Assembly: GCA_036867785.1 (NCBI GenBank)
Contig: CP145413.1
Coordinates: 992,001-1,056,000 of the forward strand
DNA length: 64,000 nt
Origin: Plasmodiophora brassicae
Lineage: Eukaryota
Reading direction: 5' to 3'
Position 1 is the first letter of the stretch, and the number at the start of each line of letters is the position of its first letter. Below the pieces are notes generated by a model, which had not been told where the DNA came from, did no database searches, and saw only the letters and a program-made list of their open reading frames with translations. A program made the position numbers and the translations under genes. Below are positions 63,254 to 64,000 of the stretch, piece by piece.

Positions 63254-64000
63254 TCACGTTGCCGGTTGCGCGGCGACGGGTTCGTTCTTGGCCTTGGCGT
63301 GCCGGGGCGCGATGTTGTCGTTCAGGGCCGGCGCTTGCGTGCTGAGTATAAACGCGATCAGCATGCACATGATGACGACAGCGACGATAATGATGGCTAG
63401 GTAGCTCAAACTGCCGGAGCTAACGTTGGGAGTGTCAGTGCAGGCATCGTGGGAAGTCGGCGCAAGTAACGACCTCGTGAACCCCATCGTCCAGCCCTGC
63501 AGCGCTATCATCGTCGTTGAAAGCGTCTGCGTTCCAGGGATGGCCATACCGCAGACAGTGGCGATGCCACACAGAACGCTGTCGATCAGCGCCAAACCCG
63601 CCATCAATCAAATCGTACCAGTCGCACTGAGCTCAGGACCCGTTTCCCCTTCGATTTCCCGACCCGACCCGATCCGGCTCGGTATCCTGGAAAACCCGAT
63701 GCGCGCCGAACTCGCAATAGCGACCGGTGTCCAGATGGCCCTTGTAATATTATTATACGTCATGTTCGATAGGTGCTTGAGTGCGGGGATCATTGTGACA
63801 GGACAGGAACAGATAACGCCAGTTGTCGCTCCAGGCTTATACGCTCGTTGTTCCAGGAAGTCCATGTTTCATACAGGTCGGATGCGGAGCTCAGGCGGTC
63901 CAATCTGGATGGCATCGAATCAGGACCCGGTTCGGATGTAACTACCTAACAGCAACAGACGTTTCAGAAACGTCGCGGTTCACGACTGGCACGTCTCGCC
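63254..64000 (-). CDS. Partial type-I membrane protein (5' end probably outside the window)
   Basis: C-terminal TM YLAIIIVAVVIMCMLIAFIL; the in-frame TGA at 63608 lies inside a gtacg...ctgatcgacag intron. Confidence 0.5.

Noticed and set aside
63608-63610. In-frame TGA as selenocysteine or stop read-through
   Set aside because: It falls inside a plausible GT-AG intron.

Overview
Gene-dense, GC-rich eukaryotic DNA with many short (about 45-75 nt) GT-AG introns. The style resembles a phytomyxid/rhizarian protist such as Plasmodiophora, but that is inference, not proof. Bases 1-4323 are a rearranged mosaic: three same-orientation, disabled copies of an intron-containing host gene alternate with two long fold-back palindromes built from Ty3/gypsy-like gag-protease sequence, all downstream of a bidirectional promoter. 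This may be a hairpin-RNA (Mu killer-like) transposon-silencing locus. The rest holds about 35 genes, including a membrane hybrid histidine kinase, RING-H2 ligase, RBM28, F-box/ankyrin protein, UBAP2-like protein with GW repeats, seipin, a divergent retinoblastoma-related gene, three C2H2 factors, syntaxin-16, TGS1, a five-member 4-TM family, beta-carbonic anhydrase, ProRS, CCZ1, ORMDL, an FHA plus CHD-C-terminal fusion, ERCC1, RBM42, an EF-hand pyrophosphatase, NagA, HGPRT with a signal-like N-terminus, a Crypton-like gene and DEGS1. There is also a candidate Sm-site small RNA near 58.3 kb. Gene ends and exon joins were read by eye and family calls come from recalled motifs; no database search was run.
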